Assembly (NCBI GenBank): GCA_049724395.1
Contig: JAUGWO010000065.1
Span: 1 to 64,000, forward strand
Length of the DNA: 64,000 nucleotides
Direction: 5' to 3'
DNA from: Spongospora subterranea f. sp. subterranea
Taxonomy: Eukaryota
Position numbers and translations under genes: made by a program. Shown here piece by piece: positions 40,844 through 54,089 of the stretch (the stretch's first letter is position 1; every line of letters starts with the position of its first letter). A model generated the notes under the pieces. The model worked only from the letters and a program-made list of their open reading frames with translations. It was not told where the DNA came from and searched no databases.

Positions 40844-41340
40844 ATTGACACGAAATATTTGGGGTTGGCCAAGAACCGGACTGCGCCACGCAGTTGGTAA
40901 AAGTTTGACTTTCGGTTGTCTATTTGTGTGCAAATCACGTTTTTTCATCTAAAATATTGCTGGTCTGGTATTCGCCCTGTTGAAGGCAACAACAAAACAT
41001 CGCTTTTATTCAGTGTATAGCTTGGCCGGATACCGATTTATGTGCTCATTTTGACGTCATGAGAGATTTAACAGCATCCTATATGGTAACAAGACTTTTG
41101 GCAAATCATAGATCTTACTGGCTATGCAATATAATCCTATTCATTCTGTTCTCACTTTATCATTGTATGTCGTCCAGGAGAATCCAAATTTTTCTTGTAA
41201 TTTGTAAAGCGCAAACTCAGTTCAGTCTGCAACACCAACCAGGCGTTTGTCGTTTTCTGCTAATCTACCGGCACCGATAAGTGATCGATCTTACTTCGCC
41301 GAAAATCCCGAAACCGCGATGTGGTGAATACTTATATTTA

Positions 41341-42384
41341 TTAGAACTTGGGTCTGCGCTTGCGGTTAGTATATTTAGAATCAGCAGCCACTTTGAGCCC
41401 TTTATTCCTCATCGATTCCTTCTTCTTCTGAACCCAATTACGGTCTTTGACGTTTTTCTTGGATTTACCGTTTTTCCTGATCGTCTTCATAATCCCACCT
41501 GCTGTGAACTGGACGGTGTTGGGGCGAGAACTCGCCGACCCTTCCGACAATCCCGTCGGCATGTCGCCAGGATTGGGGGTTCCAGCAAATAGCACCAGGA
41601 AGTACTTTTTAGCTTTGGTACTATTGGGATAGTCGACAACGATCCCTCCCCCGAATCCAACTTGTAAGGCGCTTGAAGTGATTAGTTCGATCGCCTCAGG
41701 TGATTCTGGATAGAATTGAAACACTGCCCGACCTCCTTTCTGAACGCACCCAACAACAGCACATCAACATTGCTCGACGCGTCGATAGGTCAAACAACCG
41801 ACCTTTAGGCAGTTATATAGTGATTGGAAGAACTGTACCAGACGACGTTTGGGATTATGATCAGCTTTATCAGCATTGCATAGCCATTGCAATACAGATA
41901 CTGATATAGCTGCATCGAATGTCGCTGGGCGGAAATACAATCCTTGGCCGATATCGGATAAGAACAGGTCTCCTTCAACCTGAAAAAAGAGGGCATGAAA
42001 ATGACGCGCATGTGATAACGGGAACCGATGTCCCTGGAAATCTACAAACCTCACGAGCCAGGGCCACCTCTAGCATTGATGGCGATATGTCGCAACCGAC
42101 CCAGATATGGCCACCACATGTCAGCACCTCTCCTGATAAACCCGACCCGCATCCGATATCCAAGATATAGCAAGACTTATCCTCGGGAATGTTCAGCAGC
42201 TCGACAGCGCGATCCGTCATGGCGCTCTGGATCTCGATGATTCTCGTGCTGCGATCGCACAGATCAGAATTGGACGAAAACTCAAATACTATCGCAGCCC
42301 ATTAGCGTACTTTGCTGCATATTTCTTCGATTCATCTGCATTGTAAAATATCTCTGGTGGATTTAGATGTTCAGGTCGGCTCAT
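41341..42384 (-). CDS. BUD23: 18S rRNA m7G methyltransferase Bud23/WBSCR22
   Basis: MSRPEHLNPPEIFYN; LDIGCGSGLSG; AISVSVLQWLCNAD; FQFYPE; GFGGGIVVDYPNSTKAKKYFLVL; SKYTNRKRRPKF. Confidence 0.96.
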
Positions 42385-43024
42385 CCTTGACGAAGATTTT
42401 TGGTCCCGAACACAATCTGGTGCCTTTGGTCAGTAAAGAGTTCAGGGGAGAGAGGGTCAGAATAAAGTCCGCACGGCGTTGTGTTACAGTTGCGGTTTGC
42501 CTTGGCTGGCCCGGTATCGTCAATGTCTCTTGAGTGTATTCTGTAACGTGACGTTTCACATTCATGACCTTGTCCAGGCAACTGCTAATTTTGTTTCAAG
42601 GTGCCGAATATCAGCATCTGTCAGTGCAGTATAAACATGGTGAGGGCATCCCACATTGCGTTAGCGCTTGAATATGTGATGAACTTAAACAATCGAACAT
42701 GTCAACTGTTCGTTTGCATCTGGAATGAAATCAAGCTTTATGTTCTGTGAAGGCCGGCTTTCAATGGTCAGGTTCGCGATCTCTGCATAAACAGTAGTCG
42801 TGATAAGTCGGTAAAACCGTTCTGGTGGTGCAACCGTCTCGGGTTGGCTTCCGTTGATGGTTAAACTTCACGTTAACAACTCACGAGATTGATGAGGAGC
42901 ATTGTCTGTTGACAAATTTTGCCAGAATATTGTCCAAATCTGTGCTGACGACACAGCCAAGAGTGTAACGAACGCCCTCGATTTACAATCATCAACACAG
43001 TGTTTTGTTGCTAGATGAATTAAT

Positions 43025-43801
43025 TTATTTGGATATCGTTTTCTTGGGCTTCCGTCTAGAAGCATTTGCAGCATTTTTACTTTTCGTTGCCGCAACATTT
43101 TTCGCTTTTGACTTGCTGGCGATCGTTTTCGTGAATGCAGGGGTTGCTTTAAGCGTCTTTTCTTTGATCAATTTCGATATATGGGCGATTGCCGAGGATT
43201 TTGAGCAATTCACAAACTGCATGATCTTGGCGATGTGCCCATCAAACTGCTTATAAACCCTGATGATCTCCTGTGAATCCTAAACGACAATGAACTTACA
43301 TCACTACCACCGTCTGAATGATTTCCTTTGTTTGCCTACCTCTTCACTGATGTTAGACTTGGCGTCCCTGATGGCGTCGTCAATCGCCTGGTCGTCGACA
43401 CGACTCGCTCGATCGAATATGGCTCGTGCAATGCCCATTAATTCATCGGCGGTCATGTTTTCATCAACATGGATCTCGCCGTCATCGACCTCGCCATCAG
43501 CATCATACCTTGCTTTGTCTTCAGGGTTGGACAAAATTTGAAACGCCCTTGAAAGCTCCTTCAACCGAAAATTGAATTATTGGAAAAATATTGAAGCTGA
43601 GGTAATTTCTAACCTGAAATTTTGCACAAGCTTCGCTTGACGGGTTCTATACTCATATCTGAAAAATTGTAAAATCAGGTGCAACTGATGGCTTGCCTTA
43701 TCAGGATGCACGATTAATGCTTTCGCGTAATACGCCTTCTTCAGAACGGTAATTGTCAGTTCGTCTGAAGGCGATACGCCCAATAGCTCATATAATGACA
43801 T
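43025..43801 (-). CDS. DnaJ-domain co-chaperone, DNAJC9-like
   Basis: LYELLGV..LKKAYYAKALIVHPDK..FKELSRAFQILSNPEDKARYD, then YKQFDGHIAKIMQFV and a Lys-rich tail. Confidence 0.8.
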
Positions 43802-44108
43802 GGCCGGAAACGATCCGAAGAACCCAACCAGGATGCCCACACAATATAATCCAATTAATTGTGGCTCAAAGGTCGGGCTGCGTTCTCAGAATCCATAAAC
43901 CGGTCAATCGGGGCCGCGCACCACAGCAGTCTCTGGGTACGGTAGGTACTCCCACACCCTACACCATAGACGATGGGAGGGGATCCTGAAAACGTGCGTG
44001 TCTGAGACCTGCGTGACGGTATATGTACACTGTATACACTGTCATACCGTACCAGATGGGGTTTCCGTGGATCTAAAAATGTGCGCGGGGCGTGACAGTA
44101 TATGTACA

Positions 44109-44175
44109 CGAGTGTACATATGGATGGTTTACCCTTCCGAGTGTACATATGGATGGTTTACCCTTCCGAGTGTAC
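44109..44175. repeat. 29-bp tandem duplication (CGAGTGTACATATGGATGGTTTACCCTTC) in a GTAC-rich intergenic stretch
   Basis: Two full copies plus a partial third. Confidence 0.8.
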
Positions 44176-45561
44176 TTATGGTACTGCAATTCGCTATCAA
44201 TGAGGTTGTCAAATCACAATCATCACGTTGTGAAGGCTGATTTTGAAAACAATCCCCTTTCTTCGTTTTTGTAACCACACATATTGTTTTTCACAAAAAA
44301 ATTGGAGGCCATATGAAAAGCAACTTTGGCAAAACATTCTGAGAAATTTCAACGCATGCATTTTTATCCACTTGAAACTGCGAAATTGTGTTTCGTTTGA
44401 GATTGAAAATGTTTCTACATCAAAGCGATTTACCCAGAGCCAGTCGTTGAGGGAATGAGTGGACTGGAGGGCCAGATAGGTAATTCAAAATAGATTCCAT
44501 TTATATGGTTCACTTTTTGATGCTTGTGGTCGATGCTTGGCAGAAACCCCAAATTCATGTTTTTACAAACACACCCTAGCCCGATTTACCTTTGCAAAAA
44601 AAGGGGTTTGTCCGGCCCTGTCCTGTTCCTCAACAGAATTACGTAATGGAAAGAACAATAACTATGTGAGAACATCACGATCGAAGGGCACAACGAGGCG
44701 ACATGGTCTGACACATATTCGACCCGGCTATCAAATTCAGTCGAATAGGTAAACAAAGGCATTCTAGCTGCCCCGGGTGTGATTATGAACTCAAACCATC
44801 GATGTGGTGTTAATAGACTGCTGTGATGTTGTCCCAGTTTCCCAACTTCCTTGAACTTGCTGAAGAAATGAGGGCTGGTATGATCACACCCAGGCGAGAT
44901 TGGGGGTTGACCATTTCGTAAATTGAAAACATGTCCTCCCCACTCTCGCGAGTTAAAACATGATTCTGAGAATGTCGTTTTCAAAAAAGTGACAAATATA
45001 TCAAAGTTGTCTCATAGTGGCTCCCATGAAATGGATTTTGCCTTCAGGTTTAATACGTAATTGGGTCCCCAATAGAAGCTTTGTTGCCCAAGGCAGAGCG
45101 GGATTTGCTGATGGTTGGGATTGCATTATTACGTTGATAATGATCATCCAGCGACGTTGTGTCGATCAATTATGCTTCTCTAGAATCTGGTTGTTCGGAT
45201 TGCAATTGCTGAACCGGTGAAATTGGCTTCACCACACGTCTGTGCCGTCGACATCACCTCATTCATATTAACCGTTCTGGTTTTGACAAGATGCGACCAA
45301 CCATCGATAGCAGCGCAGGCATTGGGTGTGTCGATTTGAAAGGATTAAACCCCATTGGCTTTCTTGGGTGTAATGGAGTATTTGATTCCTCGGATTGATA
45401 GCTGTTGGGAGTGTGTGTGACATAGATATAGCTTATAGACTTGCTGGTTTAGCATATGGTTTACGGTAGATATGGTATTTTACCTTGTCGGGTAAAATGG
45501 TGCCTGGCCGGCCACAGCCGCCAAAATACCAGTTCGATGCCGATAGCCGACCGCACCCAAC

Positions 45562-46692
45562 ATGATTGTCATGGATCCGACCTTGTTCGACGTGATAGTG
45601 AAGAAGCTTACTGCTGCCTACAATCCTTATCAGACATTAGAATCATTGGCAGCCGAATATTCATGGTAGATTATAAGGTTTCCTCGTCGATCTTCTGTCA
45701 ACGTGTTCTGATCATTCCAGGATCCCGTTTGACACTTTATTGAGCATCTACACGCAAATGTACCAATCACATACTCGAAAATGTGCTCATGTACGCTATA
45801 TGAATCTTGAACACTGATGCATCATGTTCCTCACCCGAAAGCCTTTGTCAGATCCATAAACGACAAGAAAATATTGATAAATATATTGAGAGGTAGTTCC
45901 CTGCATGTACAGTAGCTTTTCGCTTTTGCACAAAAATTTTCAGATATGATCATGGCGAGCGCCTGTTGGATATCGCATCGTCAATCGATCTAGCGCCCTG
46001 TCTCCTCGCCCGAATCGTTATCCACCAGAAACTCAACACTCAAGGAAAAGGTTCGAGGGAGAACGGTCCCAAATTATTTGTTGCCGATTTGGCTGATGAT
46101 GGAGTTGTTTAAAGAGGCTACACAGTATCTGAGGAATACGAACGAGATCTCAGACGGCCGACTGAAGGAAGAGGTTCAATGCTGTGTTGATGCGGATCGG
46201 CATTATTCCCCGTTCTCAGATAAAATAAGAAGGTATTTTCGTTCGCTGGCAATGTCTATCGTCGTTTAAGATTCTGAATTAGTTCGATCGGATTGGAGTA
46301 TGAGTATGTGCTTTTCGAGTCTTTGTTCATTGCGAACATCCCTTTCGACTCAGAAGACGATCTGAGAAAGGAGGGTCGGCCTAAGACGCCAGATGTTCGA
46401 TTGCGATCACCGATAGGTATCAGGTCAAATACCAATAACTCGCAATTTTCAAAGCGATTCTATTTCCACAGGCGTGCGAGGTCATATCGTGAAGTGGATT
46501 GATTCCAAGGCAATGTTTGGCGATGAATATAATCACGCCAAATTGCAATCGCAAATTCGAGGATATGTGCACAGATTTGGACCAGGAATGGTGATATACT
46601 GGTTTGGATACGTCGCCAATCTCGACCAGTCGTCAGATATACTCGTATCGCATTGCTTTCCCCGACACAACGAGATCGACCGGGTTGTTTAG
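45562..46692 (+). CDS. CDIN1: CDIN1/C15orf41 homolog (TPD motif, PD-(D/E)XK nuclease-like)
   Basis: GLEYEYVL..SEDDLRKEGRPKTPDVRL..VKWIDSKAMFGD..QIRGYVHRFGPGMVIYWFGY. Confidence 0.88.
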
Positions 46693-48016
46693 ATTACCCA
46701 TTCCTGCGTTAACCTACACCTTGTCGTTCCACATTATTAATCAACAAAGCAGTAACACAGTCTTCATTCAACGCTGGCATTCCGTAAAGAACAAAACATG
46801 TCAATGCTTCTACCATTGGATCTATTTTGCACTCGCCGGTCAGAGCGCCTTCAGAATAATTGAAAAGGTGTCCGCGAAGAGAACTCCTTCACTACACAGA
46901 ATTGATACATTTTCAAATCATTATTGGAGCGGTTCCCATGTTGGTTCGGGTGGTTTGAAACCGCCATCGAAACCACAACTCGTGAATAATTCTCCTGAAC
47001 AGAGATTGGATCCCAGTCTGTTCTGTTCTCGCCTTACGGTGTGGTTCGCCATCCAGTCTATGAAAATACTCCAGACCTGATTGCTTTCCTGGCAAACATT
47101 CACTGTAGACGATGGTTGACGACCAAACCAAATCATCGAACCACGCCGACTCCATCGTTGGGCTGAAATGATTGTCGCCACTGCGTTGTTCCCAGTGACG
47201 ATCCAATTCACCTACACTTTATTGTCCAGAAATACAATGGACAACTCGTCTCACAGCACCAGCAATGCGCCGAACGAGGCGCCCAAATTCGGCCGTCGAC
47301 GCAACAGCGTAAAACACGGGTCTCAGAATGGGGAGCCAGCGAATGAGACGAAGGCCGAAGGTTGTATGGACTAGAAACAACCAATTAATGTGAAACTGAT
47401 GTAGAAACTGCAGTGGCCGGAACAGGAGCTGGGCCTGAAAATACAGGGAAAAAATGGGTTGATGACATTGTGGCCGACGTTGATGCGATCCCTGATCTGT
47501 CAAATGTTCACGTGAAAGTCGTTTGTGTGATATCTTGACCGTTGGTTTATTGGGAAATAGGATGATGCTGGCGCGACAATTGCTGGATCCCCCGTGTTTA
47601 TGGGCACAGATAATATCCAGTCGCTGGACGAGCTTGATGAGCAGATCGGGTTTCAGCTCAACACGAATGTAATTGGGCATATCGTGTGCGACCGATGCAT
47701 CTCGACTGACTTTGGGTCGTTTAGACTGAAGGCGTTGATCTGTCGCTCTTAACCAGGGTGATGTTTTCACCCGAATTACTGAACGAGCCTGACGTCCCAT
47801 GGGAAATGGATCTGCTTCTGTCGCAAATCGCCTCTGAGATACAGATTGGAAAGGATTTCCGATCTACACAGATTGACGACAACATACAGAAACAGCATCA
47901 AGGTTCGATAACTACGACTTGACCAGTTTATAGAACGGTTGTACATAAAAGGGCAGAAGTTTACTGATAACGATAACGGGTTGCAACGGAATACAACGCC
48001 TGAGAGAGTCTTTACA

Positions 48017-49146
48017 TTAAATTCCAGGAACTGCACAGAACTTCAAGAATATGTCAGATGAAGCAGCTTGTTCGATTCGCAAAAGCTTATTAAGGTAGTA
48101 TTCCAAAAGGACTCGCCGGTGTTCCACGAAAACCGGATCGGTATGGTCGTTAAATACACGTGATTTCTTTTCCGGTGGTGCAAATGGCAATTTATGAAGG
48201 GCTGTCAGATGGACCTCAAAAGCTGAATTTGAACAGCCGCATACAAAACTCACCGTACGGTGACGTAATAGCTAATTCTTGATGCAGGCTTCTCATCATG
48301 ACTATAAAATCAGTAAATCGTTTCAGGGAAACCCAATGAGAATGTGAATGGCGAGGTTTAGAGTCGGTGCTCGAGCTACAATGTATCTAAATACATCGGT
48401 AAACGAGATGGAATCAGCGAGAGGTCCCAGAGTGACAAACCTGATATAAAACGTGGTCGGACATGACTTTTGATTGGGGAATCTGGATTCTACGAATTTC
48501 TTGATGCTCAGGGAATTCATAGGGTGTATCATCGTCATTCCAGACTCTCGAAATTGATTCTGATCCGTCGATTTGGATGTCCCCAGAAACTTCTCCGTCT
48601 TTATCAGTACTAAAGTAGAAAATTAAAATCATTGAAATCACAACAAAGTTAGTGACCTCAAAAATGTGAGAAAGACAATGTTCTTCTTAACATCTTCGCA
48701 GTCAAGTGCGCGAAGCAAAAAGTTTTCGAGCAGTATTCGACGCTCCTCTAAAAATTGGGGAGACTGCCCTAAAAATCTACCCAAGTGTATCAGCTTAGAT
48801 CACGACTCGACTACGTACGTACTTTGGTCGCTTTGGAGGAAGAGGAGCAAAATCCACATGTGGCAAATTTAGGCTAAGTTGACGCTCGAACTCTTCGAAT
48901 TGGCTGAAACGTTTTGAAACAAAGTACCCTTTGGTAGAGCAGATTTTGACTCGGACCTAAACCAGGCTCAGGACTACAGGATTCAATCCGTTCAAAGTCG
49001 TGAAGCGGTGACTTCACAACTGTGCTGGCAACAGGCCGGACCTTGAAATACACTATTTTGCCGGAAAGATTTGTCTCAAACTTCGGTATGGACAGTTTGT
49101 CGATTGTTAGGGTGGCGAGACTAGGAGCTGGCGCCGCCCTGACCAT
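48017..49146 (-). CDS. Tandem PX-domain protein
   Basis: Two PX signatures: VSKRFSQFEEF..LPPKRPK..FLEERRILLENFL and PPEKKSRVFNDHTDPVFVEHRRVLLEYYLNKL. Confidence 0.8.
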
Positions 49147-49494
49147 GGTTGGCCAACGTGATCGCTAGGTTGCGACGAATCACTAGGGCTTAATCGTCTA
49201 ATGAGCAATTGGCTCTAATATCCTCTTTAACTTTAGAGGTACGTACCTATTTGCGTGTCCCATGCGATAGAAACGAAACAGCGTCTGTCGCTTGACACAG
49301 TCGAGAGCTCCACTTCGAGAGGTTCGACGTGACTTGTCCGTCAGTGCCGTGGCCCGTGTGGTGCACTACGTTACCAGGTGGTATCGGAGACTTGAGCTCA
49401 ACCGCGATTGATCCCATCGATATCAGTTTGAGATGAACATGTGTTGTTGTTTTTTATAAGAACATGAATCGCGGGCTGAGGGGGCTTCGTGATT

Positions 49495-50181
49495 CTAGAC
49501 AGGGCCCGCCAGTTGCGTATCTTGCTGACCTTCCAGCCCAACGTCCCGATCGTCGACGACGTCAACCGTAGAATCAGACTTGTGATTTGAAGACGACGTT
49601 TTGACTGATTTGACCGCGACGTTGTCTGTACCTGAAACTTTATGATCAAACGAACCGGCTACTGGAGCCGGTCCAAATGGACGGTCTAGCCCTAAATCCG
49701 ATACTTGAGTGGTATAGTCATTAGAGTATCCACGATTTAGCTGCGATTCGACGCCTCTCATTGACTTGTCTGACCGGGCATGCTCTTTTGCTACTGTGCT
49801 GCCTGAATTCGCTGCATTCTGATACGAGATGCTCTTCTGTCCGGCATTATCTAACCCGCCCAACCGTGCCGCTGAACTTGCCCCGAGCATGGAACCACCC
49901 TTAGCATAACCCTTATGTAGTATATTGTTGGATATCAAATGATCATCAGCGCGATCGTTTTGATGGAAACCTTGCCTAGTTGTATCTGACTTCATCCCTT
50001 CTGTCATGAGAAGTGCCCGCCCTGCACGCGTTGGATCAACTTGCCCGATCATTGGAAATATCGAAACTCCAGATGGTGCTACATTGCTACGCAGGTGGCC
50101 TGCGGGGGATACATAGCTGTACGAGTTTGATATTGCATCAATCGCGACAGCGGCGATGAAAAGACAACGAAGAAAGAACAT
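49495..50181 (-). CDS. Intronless putative secreted protein, ~228 aa, S/G/D-rich
   Basis: Open ORF with a signal-peptide-like start MFFLRCLFIAAVAIDAISNSYS; no recognisable domain. Confidence 0.6.
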   Translation of the reverse strand: MFFLRCLFIAAVAIDAISNSYSYVSPAGHLRSNVAPSGVSIFPMIGQVDPTRAGRALLMTEGMKSDTTRQGFHQNDRADDHLISNNILHKGYAKGGSMLGASSAARLGGLDNAGQKSISYQNAANSGSTVAKEHARSDKSMRGVESQLNRGYSNDYTTQVSDLGLDRPFGPAPVAGSFDHKVSGTDNVAVKSVKTSSSNHKSDSTVDVVDDRDVGLEGQQDTQLAGPV

Positions 50182-50259
50182 GATTGTGTTTTCTGAGTCG
50201 AAAATCGGTCCTAATAACAACATTGACTGCAACGGCCGAACTGACGAGTATAAAAGTGA

Positions 50260-52340
50260 CTATTTATGGTAAAACGCATCTTCTTCAACATCTGTCAATT
50301 CGGATGCATTTTCATTGGCATAAATGCGACTTTGTGGTCGCGGCACCGCTTTAAATTTAACCACTTGTGGCTTCAAAGTTCTGGACAAAATAAGTAAAGC
50401 GAGGCAATCAAGACACAATCGTCACGTACCTGAGTGAATCCCCGTCAAACCTTAAAAACGCTGCTTCGTTGCCTCTCGACATGGGCCCCATGGGATAATC
50501 AGGTGCTGAAAATATCGATATACACAGAGGAACGTCAGTGTCTGGATAGGTCTGATCGACGCTGAACCCATCCATCATTCCTGTAAAAGTGTTTGACAGC
50601 AAACATGATGCCAATTATTGTTCACTACCATTGACCATGTAAGGACGCTTTTCTCTAGCATCGGGACCCTCGTGTGACCGGATCAGCAATGACAGTCCAT
50701 GCATTTGCAAAAATTCTTCAGTCACATCGGGTCCAAACAATCTGAGAATCGTTAATTCCCATTCGAATGAACTGAAAACCGTAGTACATTGCTAAGCCCC
50801 GCTGAACGTTATCAGAAATGCCTGGCTTCACTTGCGGATCTGACCACATCGCGTCTAGAATTATTTCCACTAAAAACGTTTGAGTTAATAGAAGAAGCAA
50901 ATATTCAACTATAGCTGTCCACTTTGAGGATCTTTCACATGCCGCCTGGCGTTTTGAAGCATTTTGATTGTCCCGACGGAGCCATCGACGCTGCGATAAA
51001 GTCCACCATGAACAACAAATATGCCGAGTCCCGACCCGACTTTCAAACAGTCTTCTTGGCCAGCTATGAACGCATCAACTGCTCTGGATTTTTGATGTGG
51101 GATTTAAATCTACCATTAAGTAATGGCGTCGGATCACTGCCATAAGGCAATATCACAGCTGCCAGCGGGATCCTTGCAAACGCCGCGTTAAATTTCAAGT
51201 ATGTAGTTTTGGAATATTTATGCTTACACTCGTCCATAAAGCCTGATACTTGCTCTGAATAGCAGACGCATTGATGAGCATTGCAATATTACCATAAATC
51301 CGTGTACAATACAACGTCTCATGATTTCCTCTGGATAGGAACATAGAATCCGGATACTGTCGAGAAAATCCATGAGAAATTCTGACAATGCAATACTGAA
51401 TATCGTCAGCACCAATATTTTGAAAGCAAACAAAGTAATTGCAAGCTCGAGGCCCCAGCTGCCCCTGTCAACGAAATCTCCATTGAATACTATTGCAATT
51501 TCAAATAAATTGCTTAGCTGGGATATTGGTTTGGGGATTTCTTACAATACTGCAACAGATGATTATCAAATTAAAAAATAAACCGTTTACAGCTCTTACC
51601 CAGTTCTTTGCGGAAGGATAGCCATTGGTTTGGAAAACATGGAGAACATCGTACAACTGCCCTTTGAAAACAAACATTACCAAACAGAATGCACTTCTTA
51701 AAGTACGTGGTACCATGAGTATCTCCCAGGACTGATAAACGAACATCATCTCCTGGAATAATTGGATATCTGCATGATTTAGTAAGAAACGGCTGCAACT
51801 CTGTTCTTGTTCAATTACACGTTTGGCTGGTTTTGGAATACTGTAGGCAAATTAGCTACAAAGAACATATATAGATACATGAGACTAACCTAGTTCAACT
51901 TGGCGCAATAGTCGAGTCAGACTAGTAAATGTCAACACTTTTCTTAATGTAGCCGGGTCGCGACCAGAATTAGAGAGCACATTCACGAGCTCCAACACTA
52001 ACTAACAAATCCTTCAAACAAAGTTATAGCAAAAACTGTTGAACCATAATCGCCAACATCGGCAGTAACGTCTTTCGCGTCCTTTGGCCAAATCAGCTTT
52101 GCTTCCTCCTGAACCAACAGTGATGACGCAGCCGATAGCTGTTTAGATCTCCAGGGATTATCAGATGGAGTAACCGTCGATTCCCTCGATATCTTCGCCC
52201 CATCTGGTTTCGAAACGGCCGTTAATACGACCGTGAGAATTTCTTCTGGCTGTACCTTCAATTGGTGCAGATGCGTGTCGCCCCAGCACTTCCTTGCGAG
52301 CCTCCGGCGGCAGCAGGGATTTGGCCCTGGTTAATCGCAT
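50260..52340 (-). CDS. PPP-family Ser/Thr phosphatase, PP7-like, many exons
   Basis: GDTHGQLYD, NGDFVDRGSWGLE, RGNHE, HGGLYRS, WSDP, IRSHEGPDAR, SAPDYP; start uncertain. Confidence 0.85.
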
Positions 52341-52649
52341 CGCGAGGTTGCCGACTTTACTCTATGAGTGAATGACATGATGTGATGGGTCGAGAGAGAG
52401 ACAGAAGGCTGCTCCCATCATCGACTACACACCTGAACCGTTCATATCCCCATCACGTTTTACCTCGCTCTGCAACATCGCCGGTCTTTTGGTACAACGC
52501 CCTGTCGGAATACGGCGCTCTACTTATGGGCGCTTTGTTTATTGCAGCAGACGTCCTGCGTTCCGTCTTCTAAAATGAATAAATGATCAACTTCGTGTTA
52601 GTGATGTCAAAATCCTCTACATTCTCATTCCAGTGAGAGATCCAGCTTT

Positions 52650-53512
52650 CCTAGCGTGTCGCACGTTGCTCATGTTGGTTTTGTCGAAGCCCGCACCTAT
52701 ACTGTATTTGGACTTTGCGGTGCATGTTCTCGAACTTAGATCTTATAGCAGAGACGTAAGTTTCAAGGTGTTCCTGGGAAAGCTTCACATCCAGAATCCG
52801 GTGTTGCTGCGGTGACCAAACAACGTCCAAATGGTGATGATGTCTCAGATCCATGGAATAGTGTAATCGGAGCAAACTTAAAAGTGGCGATATGGTATTA
52901 TTGAGAACCAACGGAATCAACGAAGGCCAGTGTTTAATAGGTAATCGGAACTCTGAGCATAAAGAACGCAGTGCTGAAAATTTTTTAGCATTTGCCTTGT
53001 CGACACCTGCATGCGTCCAAGGATGAACTTTTACACGGATACACTATTGGAATGGCGTTTTAATAGAGTAGATGGGGCGTCGACAATCAAGGCTTTATGG
53101 AGCTGATACGTATGTTTATTCTTCAGTGGAGCGTGTATTGAACTGGGATAGATCTGGTTCGCTTCGCACAGTGTTGGTATCCGCGCTTGCCACAGCCTTG
53201 ACGCGCCGGTCAAACTCAGTACCTTCGGGAAACAGAGCCCATTGGTTCCAGTGCATAGTCATGTCTTTCAGAAAAGAGCTCATTGGTTCCAGTGCATAGT
53301 CATGTCTTTCAGAAAAGAGCTCATTGGTTCCAGTGCATAGTCATGTCTTTCAGAAAAAATCTGTACGAAATCTATATTGGTGATTATCCGTGTAAAAGTT
53401 CATCCTTGGACGCATGCAGGTGTCGACAAGGCAAATGCTAAAATTTTTTCAGCACTGCGTTCTTTATGCTCAGAATTCCGATTGCCTATTAAACACTGGC
53501 CTTCGTTGATTC
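52650..53512. mobile_element. Ty3/Gypsy-like integrase fragment present as an inverted pair (arms ~52914-53041 and ~53385-53512)
   Basis: [46 protein letters not shown] resembles the C-terminal end of an rve core; the arms are reverse complements with few mismatches. Confidence 0.65.
53240..53357. repeat. 41-bp tandem repeat, ~2.9 copies, inside the spacer of the inverted pair
   Basis: CATTGGTTCCAGTGCATAGTCATGTCTTTCAGAAAAGAGCT starting at 53240, 53281 and 53322. Confidence 0.95.
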
Positions 53513-53592
53513 ATTGTTCTAGAACATATAACGCGCGCCGTGCGGCTAACGGGACTTTCCCGCATTCCACAATTTGATCAGACTTGGTAGCA

Positions 53593-54011
53593 AGATCTTG
53601 TATAATCACATCCCGAGATCTTGTATAATCACATCCCGAGATCTTGTATAATCACATCCCGAGATCTTGTATAATCACATCCCGAGATCTTGTATAATCA
53701 CATCCCGAGATCTTGTATAATCACATCCCGAGATCTTGTATAATCACATCCCGAGATCTTGTATAATCACATCCCGAGATCTTGTATAATCACATCCCGA
53801 GATCTTGTATAATCACATCCCGAGATCTTTTATAATCACATCCCGAGATCTTGTATAATCACATCCCGAGATCTTGTATAATCACATCCCGAGATCTTGT
53901 ATAATCACATCCCGAGATCTTGTATAATCACATCCCGAGATCTTTTATAATCACATCCCGAGATCTTGTATAATCACATCCCGAGATCTTGTATAATCAC
54001 ATCCCGAGATC
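53593..54011. repeat. 23-bp minisatellite, 18 copies (AGATCTTGTATAATCACATCCCG)
   Basis: Period 23; only two units (starting 53823 and 53938) carry a G>T variant; no spacers. Confidence 0.97.
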
Positions 54012-54089
54012 AAGTATTTCACAGTTGAGGTTGAGACGAGGCAACCGTTGATAAACTGTTTAGGTCACGAGGCATGAGTATTGGACTCG

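Noticed and set aside
46900..47900. Possible gene with a DHHC-like CVDGRIWAPRSAHCWCC stretch on the minus strand
   Set aside because: No DHHC motif follows, all frames are interrupted, and I could not build a coherent model.
53593..54011. CRISPR-like appearance of the 23-bp array
   Set aside because: Units are head-to-tail with no unique spacers, there are no cas genes, and the context is eukaryotic.
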